From assembly GCA_039589315.1 (NCBI GenBank), contig JBDHHQ010000107.1, forward strand, positions 1-16,515: a stretch of DNA of 16,515 bases. Direction: 5' to 3'. This document shows positions 8,022 to 15,813 of this stretch, in pieces (the first letter of the stretch is position 1; every line of letters starts with the position of its first letter). The stretch comes from Gemmatimonadota bacterium. Lineage in GTDB: Bacteria > Gemmatimonadota > Gemmatimonadetes > Longimicrobiales > Gaopeijiaceae. The position numbers were made by a program, and so were the translations under genes. The notes below the pieces were generated by a model. That model worked only from the letters and a program-made list of their open reading frames with translations. It searched no databases and was not told where the DNA came from.

Positions 8022-8288
8022 GGCGGCGCAAGCTAGTGGGGCGTGGGGTCCGTTGACAGTGGTACGCTGGGGAGGAGCGGAGGTGCCGCGGGGCGCTTTC
8101 GCGCAATGGCAGTACCTGAAGACAGCGGCTCGGGCCGGGTAGCCCTCAGAATGGCGCGGCCCAAGCTGCACCTGGCGCGCCTCGGCGCCCGAAGTGCGTC
8201 TGAACTCAGTCCCAAACGATCATGTCCGCGCCCCGCTCCAAGCCCTAGATTTCCGTGTCTGAGGTGTCCCACCCTTGGAGCGGCTTGC

Positions 8289-8684
8289 GTGACGAACGAC
8301 CAATTCGCCGAGCTGAAATCGCTGATTCTCCAGAATTCCGCGGCAATCAACCGGAATTACGAGATGATCGGCCGAGTCTACGAGGAGCACTCGGCCAGAT
8401 TCGACCGGGTGGAGGACCGCTTGACCCGCGTCGAGGACCGCTTGACCCGTGTCGAGGACCGCTTGACCCGTGTCGAAGACCGACTGACCGGCGTCGAGGA
8501 CCGACTGACCGGCGTAGAGGACCGACTGACCGGCGTAGAGGACCGACTGACCGGTGTCGAGGACGGATTGACCGGCGCAAATCGCAGGTCGGACAACCTC
8601 GAAAGTGGATTAGCGGAGTTCCGCGCCGAATGGCGCAGCACACACGGACAGTTCGAAGGCCGGCTCAAGGCGCTGGAGAACTGA
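8289..8684 (+). CDS. Small heptad-repeat coiled-coil protein (131 aa)
   Basis: GGAG at 8277-8280 then GTG at 8289. MTNDQFAELKSLILQNS..., eight VEDRLT[R/G]-type heptads, ending GRLKALEN. The ORF-track extension from 8043 is not protein-like. Confidence 0.8.
   Translation: MTNDQFAELKSLILQNSAAINRNYEMIGRVYEEHSARFDRVEDRLTRVEDRLTRVEDRLTRVEDRLTGVEDRLTGVEDRLTGVEDRLTGVEDGLTGANRRSDNLESGLAEFRAEWRSTHGQFEGRLKALEN
8409..8576 (+). repeat. Tandem repeat, 8 x 21 bp (consensus GTCGAGGACCG[C/A][T/C]TGACC[C/G]G[C/T])
   Basis: Units start at 8409, 8430, 8451, 8472, 8493, 8514, 8535 and 8556. In frame, contiguous, no spacers. Confidence 0.95.
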
Positions 8685-8685
8685 C

Positions 8686-8706
8686 CGCTGGTCCGCGGAT
8701 CCAGCG
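8686..8706. terminator. Hairpin after the coiled-coil gene, between convergent genes
   Basis: CGCTGG(8686-8691)/CCAGCG(8701-8706) stem, followed by a short GGCG/CGCC stem and ctttct. Confidence 0.35.
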
Positions 8707-8805
8707 CAGGCGCTCCCTCGCCCTTTCTGATGCAGCCTCACTCGCTGGTTCGGCTTACGGCTCGACCTCCCCCAACCGACTGCCGACGCCCCTCGCCGCG
8801 CCCCC

Positions 8806-11499
8806 CTACCCCCTGAGCACCGTCAGCAAGTCGGTCCTGGCCGCCCGCGTCGCCGGAATCAATCCGGACACCGCGGACACGACCAATAGCACCGCGATCA
8901 TGCCGGCGAAGGTCATGGGGTCCGTGGGGGTCACCCCGAAGAGCATCGACGTGATCAGACCGGAGCCGGCGATCGCCACGGCCATCCCGATCGCGATGCC
9001 CAGACCGGCGAGCACCAGGGTCCGACCCACGACCCGTCCCCGCACCTCCGCGCCGGACGCGCCCAGGGCCATGCGGATCCCGATCTCCGGAATGCGCTCG
9101 GCCACGGAGTACGACAGCACGCCGTAGATGCCCAGGGCGGCGAGCAGCAGCGCCGTCCCCGCGAACGTGGTCAGGAGCATCAGCGTGAAGCGTCGGGACG
9201 ACACGGCCTGATCGACCGTAGACTCTAGCGTCCAGAAGTTGTCCGTGGGCATCCCGGGGTCGATGCGGCTCAGCGCGGCGGACACGGGCCCGACGATCGA
9301 TGCCACGGGCAGGGACGACCGAACCACGAAGTCCAGGGTGCTGTAGCTCCACATCTGGGCAGTGGGGAAGTAGATCTGCGTGCCGGAGCCCGACTCCAGG
9401 GAGCGGTGCTTCACGTCTCCCACCACGCCGACGATCCTCCAGGGTTCCTCTCTACCGGCGACGAGCTCTTGACCGACGGCGTCTCCGTTCGGGAAGAGCT
9501 GCTTCGCGCCGCCTTCGTTGATCAAAACGACCTGCTGCGTGCCCTGCACATCGTCCGGCGTGAAGTTCCGGCCCGCGCGAAGCGGGATTCGCATGACCTC
9601 GAGGTATCCCGGATCGATCATGTGTGGGAACAGGCTGAAGCCCTGCTCGGCTTCGCTCTGTTCGCGGCCCACGATCCGGAACCCCCATGTGCGGTTCCGG
9701 CCGAGCGGAAGGGCATCGTTCATCCCCACCGCCTCCACGCCGGGCACGGCCAACACGGCGGACCGTGCCTCTTCGAAGAACGCGGTCACCTCGGCGAGGT
9801 TTTCGAAGTCGGTGCTTGGATTGAGCTGCCACGCGACCGCACCCTCGGCGGTGAAACCGAGTTGAACGTCGAGCACCTGCTGAAAGCTCCTGAGGAAGAG
9901 CCCACCGAAGACCAGTAGCACGCAGGCCAGCGCGACCTCCGATACCACCAACAGCTCTCGCAGACGGGCAGAGCCCTTCCCGCTGCGCGACGCGCCCGTC
10001 GCCGTCTTCATGGCGGCGGCCTCGCCACCCTCCGAGACCTGGAGCGCCGGGATGATGCCCACGACCAACCCAGCGAACAGCGCGAGGATCAGGGTGAAGC
10101 CGAGAGCCGCACCGTCGATGCTCACCTCGTTGAGCATGGGGATGGTGACGCCGCTCGAGCTCGCGACCAGTCGTGTGGCTGCGACCGCGATCCCCACCCC
10201 CACCACCGCCCCGCTCGCCGCGAGCAGCACGCTCTCGATCATCAGCTGACGCACCAGGCGCAGCCGGGTCGCGCCCATCGTTCGACGCACGGCGATCTCA
10301 CGCGTTCGCTTCGGGCTCCGCGCCAACAGCATGTTGGACAGGTTCACGCACACGATCAGCATCACGGTGCCGGCGGCACCGGCCAGCAACAGAAGGGCCG
10401 ATCGGAAGGGTCCGGCGATCGAGGCCTGGAGCGGCGAGATCCAGCCGCCCAGACCCCAGCGCTCCGGGTCCGCCTCCTCCATCGCCCGGTTCACCTCGTC
10501 GTACTCGGCCTGTGCCGCGGTCACGGACACGCCCGGCGCCAGGCGCGCGACGATGGAGATCGTGTTGCCCCAGCGGTTGGTTTCGTCTCCGATCGGGAAC
10601 GGACGGATGAAGTCCACGGGCACGGAAGGGAAGAAGACCGAGGAGAAGTCGAACGTGGGCGGCAGCACTCCGACGATCTCACGTGGCGCATCTCCGATCC
10701 GGACCGTGCTCCCCACGATCCTGGGGTCGCCGGCAAAGCGCCGCATCCAGAACCCGTGCGTCAGGATCACTGCCTCCGGCCCGCCCCACGTCCCCTCTGC
10801 CAGGCTGAAGTTCCGTCCCAACGCGACCGGGACGCCGAGCACGTCGAGGAAGTCTTGCGACACCTCGGCGCCCATGAGCTGCTCGGCCGGTCCGTCTCCG
10901 ATCAGGCTGTACGTCGATTGGTTGAAGAAGGCGTTGAAGGCGGCCATACCGTCGAACGACCTCGTCATCTCGCGGAGGTCACGGAGCTTGTTGGCCCGGT
11001 GCGTCACCCAGGACAGGCTGACCTTCTCGTCGCCCGGGTCCCCGTTCGCGATCCAGACCAGCTCCTCCGGATCCTCGAAAGGGAGCGGCGCCAGCAAGAG
11101 CGGGCTCATGACGCTGAACACCGAAGTGCTGGCCCCCACCCCGATCCCGATGATCAGCGTCGCGAAGACGAAGAACCCCACATCCCTGCGCACGGACTTG
11201 AGCGCGTAGCGGGCATCGTGCAGAAGGCTGCGTCCGCTCCATTCTCGATCCATTCTCTCGTCCCCTTCCCGTCGTCCCCGGGCCCCCCGCAAGGGCACCC
11301 ATCCTCGAACGGCGGTCGTGAAGGCCAGCGTGAGCGCCTCGGCGGTGTACCAGGCGCGCGCCCTCAGCGGACCCAATGTCGCGGCTTTCTCGGCGAATGC
11401 CTCGTGCAAGTCACCGAGGATGGCCGCGCCGGACGGATCCTCGGCGAGCGCTCGACGAAGGAGCGCGTAGGGCAGACGGGGCGGCTCGGGCATCGTCAT
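8806..11499 (-). CDS. ADOP-family duplicated ABC permease (MacB_PCD + FtsX, twice), 897 aa, with an N-terminal permease-prefix domain
   Basis: PPRL...ILGDLHEAF prefix; LLHDARYALKS...IGIGVGASTSVFS; LIVCVNLSNMLLARS..RTREIAVRRTMGATR.RLVRQLMIES; GIYGVLSYSVAERIPEIGIRMALGAS; LFGVTPTDP; IPATRAARTD. The ATG overlaps the padR stop. No ATPase gene is adjacent. Confidence 0.93.
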   Translation of the reverse strand: MTMPEPPRLPYALLRRALAEDPSGAAILGDLHEAFAEKAATLGPLRARAWYTAEALTLAFTTAVRGWVPLRGARGRREGDERMDREWSGRSLLHDARYALKSVRRDVGFFVFATLIIGIGVGASTSVFSVMSPLLLAPLPFEDPEELVWIANGDPGDEKVSLSWVTHRANKLRDLREMTRSFDGMAAFNAFFNQSTYSLIGDGPAEQLMGAEVSQDFLDVLGVPVALGRNFSLAEGTWGGPEAVILTHGFWMRRFAGDPRIVGSTVRIGDAPREIVGVLPPTFDFSSVFFPSVPVDFIRPFPIGDETNRWGNTISIVARLAPGVSVTAAQAEYDEVNRAMEEADPERWGLGGWISPLQASIAGPFRSALLLLAGAAGTVMLIVCVNLSNMLLARSPKRTREIAVRRTMGATRLRLVRQLMIESVLLAASGAVVGVGIAVAATRLVASSSGVTIPMLNEVSIDGAALGFTLILALFAGLVVGIIPALQVSEGGEAAAMKTATGASRSGKGSARLRELLVVSEVALACVLLVFGGLFLRSFQQVLDVQLGFTAEGAVAWQLNPSTDFENLAEVTAFFEEARSAVLAVPGVEAVGMNDALPLGRNRTWGFRIVGREQSEAEQGFSLFPHMIDPGYLEVMRIPLRAGRNFTPDDVQGTQQVVLINEGGAKQLFPNGDAVGQELVAGREEPWRIVGVVGDVKHRSLESGSGTQIYFPTAQMWSYSTLDFVVRSSLPVASIVGPVSAALSRIDPGMPTDNFWTLESTVDQAVSSRRFTLMLLTTFAGTALLLAALGIYGVLSYSVAERIPEIGIRMALGASGAEVRGRVVGRTLVLAGLGIAIGMAVAIAGSGLITSMLFGVTPTDPMTFAGMIAVLLVVSAVSGLIPATRAARTDLLTVLRG

Positions 11500-11816
11500 C
11501 CCAGGCGTGACTCGAGGCCCTGGAAGAACGTGAACAGGACCTCACGGGACTCCCGCACGGCTTCGAGTCCCTCGCGGGTGACCGACAGCTTCCGCATGGG
11601 ATGCCCGCCTCGCTCCGGAGTCTCGCTGGGCTTCAGCTCCCACTCGACCATTCCCTTGGTCTTCAACCGATCCAGCGTTCGATACAGCGCTCCCCGCGTG
11701 ACCTTGCGTCCGGCATTGGACTCCAGGTCCTCGCGGATACGGTTCGCGTAGGGCGACGCCTCTTGCCTGAGGATCGCCAGAAGCACCAGCAGCTCGAACT
11801 CGCCGATCTTCGCCAT
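11496..11816 (-). CDS. PadR-family transcriptional regulator (106 aa)
   Basis: MAKIGEFELLVLLAI, VTRGALYRTLDRLKTKGMV, PERGGHPMRKLSVTREG winged-helix pattern. GGAG upstream of the ATG at 11816. Typical partner of ADOP permeases. Confidence 0.92.
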   Translation of the reverse strand: MAKIGEFELLVLLAILRQEASPYANRIREDLESNAGRKVTRGALYRTLDRLKTKGMVEWELKPSETPERGGHPMRKLSVTREGLEAVRESREVLFTFFQGLESRLG

Positions 11817-11849
11817 GAGACTCCAAAGCATAAAAAGTAGACTACGCGA

Positions 11850-11877
11850 AGTATACAAACGCGACTTCGAGCGTCAA
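11850..11877 (-). promoter_or_regulatory. Sigma70-type promoter for padR-permease: -35 TTGACG, 16-nt spacer, -10 TATACT
   Basis: Minus strand reads TTGACG(11877-11872)-ctcgaagtcgcgtttg-TATACT(11855-11850), in an AT-rich patch 33 nt upstream of the padR ATG. Confidence 0.7.
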
Positions 11878-12146
11878 CGGGTTGGATACTCGAGGGGGCG
11901 GGAAGGTTGGAACGGCGGCTGGGGGAGGGGCGGCAGGTCACAACGAGCCATCCACTAGCACGGGCCGAGCTGGTCTTCTCGCGACGGGCGACCGAAGGGC
12001 GTTCCCAGATACGCCTGTACGAAAACCCCGTGGTACCACATCTTGCGTGATCCCGTCGAATCCGGGTGGTAGGCGTCAGTGATCGTAGGTGGACTGGCGA
12101 CGATCACAAGGAATCGAGAGACCAAACCCTCCGTCAAAGGTCATTC

Positions 12147-14063
12147 GTGTCAGATCCCATCAGTCGACTGAACGCGGCTCTCGAAGGCCGATACCTGATC
12201 GAGCGCGAGGTCGGTGAGGGCGGCATGGCCACGGTGTACCTGGCCGACGACATCCGCCACGAGCGCAGGGTCGCCCTCAAGGTGCTCAAGCCGGAGCTCG
12301 CGGCCGTCGTCGGCGCCGACCGGTTCCTGGCCGAGATCAAGACGACGGCGAACCTCCAGCACCCGCACATCCTCCCGCTATTCGATTCCGGAGAAGCGGA
12401 CTCGTTCCTCTTCTACGTGATGCCCTACATCGAAGGGGAGACCCTGCGCGACAAGCTCGACCGGGAGCGGCAGCTTCCCGTGAGCGAGGCGATCGGCATC
12501 GCCACGGCCATCGCGAACGCGCTCCAGACCGCCCACGAGCAGGGGATCGTCCACCGGGACATCAAGCCGGCCAACATCCTCCTGAGCCGAGGCGAGCCGC
12601 TGGTCGCGGACTTCGGGATCGCGCTCGCGGTGGGGGCCGCCGGAGGGAATCGCCTCACGGAGACCGGCCTGAGCGTCGGAACCCCGTACTACATGTCGCC
12701 GGAGCAGGCGACCGGCGATCAGGTCGTGGGTCCGGCGAGCGACACCTTCGCCCTGGCCTGTGTGCTGTACGAGATGCTGATCGGCGAGCCCCCCTACCCG
12801 GGCAGCACCGCGCAGGCGGTGCTCGGCAAGATCATCCAGGGGGACCCGGTGTCCGCGACGACCGTCCGGAAGTCGATCCCGCTCAACGTCGACGCGGCGA
12901 TCCGCAAAGCCCTGGAGAAGCTCCCGGCCGACCGGTTCACCGAAGCCCGGGAGTTCTCGAACGCTCTGGCGAATCCCGGCTTTCGCCACGGAGCCACCCC
13001 TGGATTGGCCGAGGCCGGTTCCGGGGGTGGAGTGTGGAAGCGCTGGGCGATCGGGGCCTCGGTCCTTTCGGCCGCGCTGTTGGCCCTCACCCTCTCGACA
13101 CAGTTGCGTCCCGACGAACCCCGGCCGGTCGAGCGCTTCGCGTTGCAGCCCATCGACGGGCAGCTCCCCAACTACGAGTTCGACATCTCGCCCGACGGAT
13201 CCAGCTTCGTCTTCCAGGTGAACCGGGAAGGGGTGCCTCGCCTCGTGCTCCGGCGGCTCGGGGCCCTGGAGACGACCGACATCCCGGGCACCGAGGAAGG
13301 GTACGGACCCATCATCTCGCCCGACGGAACCGAGCTGACGTTCATCGTCGGCTCGGAGCTCAAAGTCGTGCCTCTCTCCGGAGGCGTGGTGCGCACGCTG
13401 ACCGACTCCGCGTTCTGCTGCTCCCGGTGGGCAAGGGACGGGCACATCTACTTCTCGAACACCGCACGGACGATCTCCCGGATCCCCGCCACCGGGGGGG
13501 CGGTCGAGCAAGTCACCGGGCGGGAGGAGGACGACGACGCGGATGGTCCGCACGGCGATTTCGAGGTCCTACCCCGCCACCGGCGAACGGCACACGGTCA
13601 CCACCGGGCTGAAGCCGTATCTGACGGACACGGGAGAGCTGGTGTTCAGCTCGCTGGAGGGACAGATCCTCGCCGCCCGGTTCGACGCCGACTCGCAGGA
13701 GCTGATCGGGCCCGCCGTCCCCCTGGTGGAGGGCGTGAGGGTCGACGGCGACAACTGGCCCTTCTACAGCGTGGCGCGTCAGGGCTCGCTTCTCTACTGG
13801 AGCGGTGCGTCGACCGCAGGGTCAGACGGGCGCATCGTGCGGGTGAACCGCCGGGGCGAGGTCAGTCCGGTCGATCCGGCCTGGCTCTTCAATCCCGGAA
13901 CGCCGGAGAGCTCGCTTCGCGTGTCGCCGGACGGCCGCCGGGTTGCGGTGAAGATCAGCGCCCCCGAGGGCGACGACGTCTGGGTCAAGCAGCTCGACGA
14001 CGGCCCCCTGTCCCGCCTCACGCTGGACGAGGAGCGAGACTGGAGGCCGTGGTGGTCCTATGA
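12147..14063 (+). CDS. N-terminal part of the split gene: Hanks-type Ser/Thr kinase, TM helix, first propeller blades (out of frame after ~13574)
   Basis: GTG start at 12147 (VSDPISRLNAALEGRY). Motifs GEGGMATVY, VALK, HRDIKPANIL, DFG, GTPYYMSPEQ; TM WAIGASVLSAALLALTL; ISPDG repeats. Confidence 0.85.
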   Translation: MSDPISRLNAALEGRYLIEREVGEGGMATVYLADDIRHERRVALKVLKPELAAVVGADRFLAEIKTTANLQHPHILPLFDSGEADSFLFYVMPYIEGETLRDKLDRERQLPVSEAIGIATAIANALQTAHEQGIVHRDIKPANILLSRGEPLVADFGIALAVGAAGGNRLTETGLSVGTPYYMSPEQATGDQVVGPASDTFALACVLYEMLIGEPPYPGSTAQAVLGKIIQGDPVSATTVRKSIPLNVDAAIRKALEKLPADRFTEAREFSNALANPGFRHGATPGLAEAGSGGGVWKRWAIGASVLSAALLALTLSTQLRPDEPRPVERFALQPIDGQLPNYEFDISPDGSSFVFQVNREGVPRLVLRRLGALETTDIPGTEEGYGPIISPDGTELTFIVGSELKVVPLSGGVVRTLTDSAFCCSRWARDGHIYFSNTARTISRIPATGGAVEQVTGREEDDDADGPHGDFEVLPRHRRTAHGHHRAEAVSDGHGRAGVQLAGGTDPRRPVRRRLAGADRARRPPGGGREGRRRQLALLQRGASGLASLLERCVDRRVRRAHRAGEPPGRGQSGRSGLALQSRNAGELASRVAGRPPGCGEDQRPRGRRRLGQAARRRPPVPPHAGRGARLEAVVVL

Positions 14064-14754
14064 CGGACGGTGGATCTACTTCCACTCGTGGCGCGGAGGG
14101 GAGCTCGACCTGTACCGCAAGCGGTCCGACGGGACGGGCTCCGCCGAGCTGGTCATGGATCTGGAGGGCCATCTGGCTGAGGCGGCGCTAACGCCCGACG
14201 GCGAGAACTGGATCTTGCGGTGGGGCGGTAGCACGACGACCGGAGCCGGCGGGCTCCGCGACATCCTCGGCATGCCCGTGGGAGACGCCGAGCCCCACGC
14301 GCTCGTCTCGGAGCCGTACGACGAGAAGGCCTTCGCGCTGTCTCCCGATGGCCGCTGGCTCGCCTACGAGTCGACCGAAACCGGGCGGGACGAGATCTAC
14401 GTCCGGCCCTATCCGAACGTGGACGACGGCAAGTGGCAGATCTCGACCCAGGGCGGCATCAACCCGGTATGGGCCCGGAGCGGCCAGGAGATCTTCTTCG
14501 TCTCCCAGGGCCGGGACATGGTCGTGGCCCAGCTGTTTCTCGGATCCGACGTCGAGGTGGAAGGGCGAGAGACGCTGTTCAACGTGAACGAGCTCGGCCT
14601 CGAAGCGCGGGCGAACTACGCTGGTTACGACGTCGACGTGGACGACCAGAGCCTGATCATGATCCAGTTCGGCGCCGGCGCCGAGGGCGTGGAGAACTCG
14701 TTCGTGCTGGTGCAGGACTGGCTGGTGGAGGCGCGGGCGCGGTTGCCGGAGTGA
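13573..14754 (+). CDS. C-terminal part of the split gene: TolB-like/PD40 beta-propeller blades
   Basis: VSPDGRRVAV, PWWSYDGRWIYF, LSPDGRWLAYESTETGRDEIYVRPYP, WQISTQGGINPVWARSGQEIFF. No convincing independent start. Confidence 0.75.
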   Translation, partial: PATGERHTVTTGLKPYLTDTGELVFSSLEGQILAARFDADSQELIGPAVPLVEGVRVDGDNWPFYSVARQGSLLYWSGASTAGSDGRIVRVNRRGEVSPVDPAWLFNPGTPESSLRVSPDGRRVAVKISAPEGDDVWVKQLDDGPLSRLTLDEERDWRPWWSYDGRWIYFHSWRGGELDLYRKRSDGTGSAELVMDLEGHLAEAALTPDGENWILRWGGSTTTGAGGLRDILGMPVGDAEPHALVSEPYDEKAFALSPDGRWLAYESTETGRDEIYVRPYPNVDDGKWQISTQGGINPVWARSGQEIFFVSQGRDMVVAQLFLGSDVEVEGRETLFNVNELGLEARANYAGYDVDVDDQSLIMIQFGAGAEGVENSFVLVQDWLVEARARLPE

Positions 14755-14829
14755 GGCCCCCGCGTTGGCCCGCGTAGATCAGTTGTTGTAGGGGACTCCT
14801 CAGCTCTTCCCCCGGGGGCGTTTGGATGC

Positions 14830-15813
14830 CTAGCCCGCTGCCTGGGCCAGAACGGCCCGCCGGAACGCATCGAAGCCGGGAACCGAGGTGAGCTCTCCAT
14901 CCATGATCGCCGCGATCTCCTCGGCCGCGCGCCACTCGCGCTCCAACGCCTCGACCTCCGCGTCTTCGTCGAGCGAGATGACGAGAGCCAGCCTCTCGTC
15001 GGGGCTCATGTCCCCGAGGTCCAGGCCCTCCTGGGCGAGGTGTTCCAGGAAGCCGTGTGCCCCACCCACGCGCTCGACTTCGCCGGCCGCCTTCTCGGCC
15101 CGAACCGCGTCAACGGGCCCAGGGTCCACCACGGACAGGCCGAGCCGCAGCGCCGGGCGGGCGTCCCGGACGGGATGCAACACATCCTGGTCACAGAGAC
15201 CACAGGGCGCCGCCACGTGGTGGGCGCCCCGACTCGAGACCACCAGAAGCTCGTGGAAGAACCAGGGCCGGAGCGCCGCCGGGCCGGAGCACGCGGGGCA
15301 TGACGGCGCGAGCGGAACCGTGGTGAAGGCGGTCGTCAGCGCCCACGCGGCATCCTGGAACGGAGACAGGACCCAGTGCGTGGGGGGATCGGCCCTACCG
15401 AGGCCGTACGGTCGGTATCCGCTGACCGGCGGTGGTGGTAGTCCCGCGAAGATACGGGAAAGGAGTCCGGACCTGGACGCGGTTGGCATGCGGTCGCCGT
15501 AGCGCCAGCCGGCCATTTCGATTCGCAGAGGGCGTCCGACCCGTATCAACTGGGCACGACCTACCTCGATCAACGCGAGATGGTCGGAGGACAAGACCGT
15601 ACGCCCGCGCGCACGCACCTCCTCCTCACACGACTCCAACGTCTCCCAGCGAAGTGCCAGGGGAACGGCGCTCCATCGCCGGCAGGAGCGGCAGACGGCC
15701 CACAGCCTTCCCTTCCAGGGATCGTATGCCAGCCGGTCACCTCGGCCCAGGTCGGCGGGATCGCGTTCCGGAAGTGGGTTACTGCAGAACGGACACGGAC
15801 GAGAGTCGCTCAT
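14830..15813 (-). CDS. Hypothetical protein (327 aa) with four CxxC motifs (putative two zinc ribbons) and an acidic helical C-terminus
   Basis: ATG at 15813 (MSDSRPCPFC). Motifs CPFC, CRSC, CPAC, CGLC; 'RLAYDPWKGRLWAVC', 'RWETLESCE', 'WRYGD', 'LEREWRAAEEIAAIMDG'. The ORF-track extension to 16119 is Arg-rich and not credible. Confidence 0.8.
   Translation of the reverse strand: MSDSRPCPFCSNPLPERDPADLGRGDRLAYDPWKGRLWAVCRSCRRWSAVPLALRWETLESCEEEVRARGRTVLSSDHLALIEVGRAQLIRVGRPLRIEMAGWRYGDRMPTASRSGLLSRIFAGLPPPPVSGYRPYGLGRADPPTHWVLSPFQDAAWALTTAFTTVPLAPSCPACSGPAALRPWFFHELLVVSSRGAHHVAAPCGLCDQDVLHPVRDARPALRLGLSVVDPGPVDAVRAEKAAGEVERVGGAHGFLEHLAQEGLDLGDMSPDERLALVISLDEDAEVEALEREWRAAEEIAAIMDGELTSVPGFDAFRRAVLAQAAG

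Larger units (their letters stand above)
12147..14754 (+). pseudogene. Ser/Thr protein kinase + TM + TolB-like (PD40) beta-propeller gene interrupted by a +1 frameshift near 13572-13575 (true lesion or assembly error)
   Basis: The kinase frame is protein-like up to GPHGDFEVLP (13574), then becomes Arg/Gly-rich and non-protein-like. The propeller sequence continues in the next frame from PATGERHTVTTG to the typical ending FVLVQDWLVE* (14754). Confidence 0.75.

Noticed and set aside
4326..8036. Long antisense ORFs (4326-5729, 5726-6625, 6474-8036; likewise 10331-11751 and 12378-13553)
   Set aside because: Shadow frames opposite well-supported genes, as expected from high-GC codon usage.
8053..8069. 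Perfect TTGACA followed by TACGCT as a promoter
   Set aside because: The hexamers are only about 5 nt apart, and there is no -10 element at 16-18 nt spacing.
8043..8288. N-terminal extensions of the coiled-coil ORF (from 8043) and of amgK (from 8171)
   Set aside because: They overlap each other head to head and are not protein-like; better starts exist at 8289 and 8021.
8409..8576. Repeat array as a CRISPR
   Set aside because: Units are contiguous 21-mers with no unique spacers, vary mostly at synonymous positions within an ORF, and no cas genes are present.
13543..13572. Independent start for the propeller ORF, or a programmed frameshift
   Set aside because: The ATG at 13543 lies within valid upstream-frame coding sequence, the product has no signal peptide, no canonical slippery heptamer is present, and residues appear to be missing at the junction.
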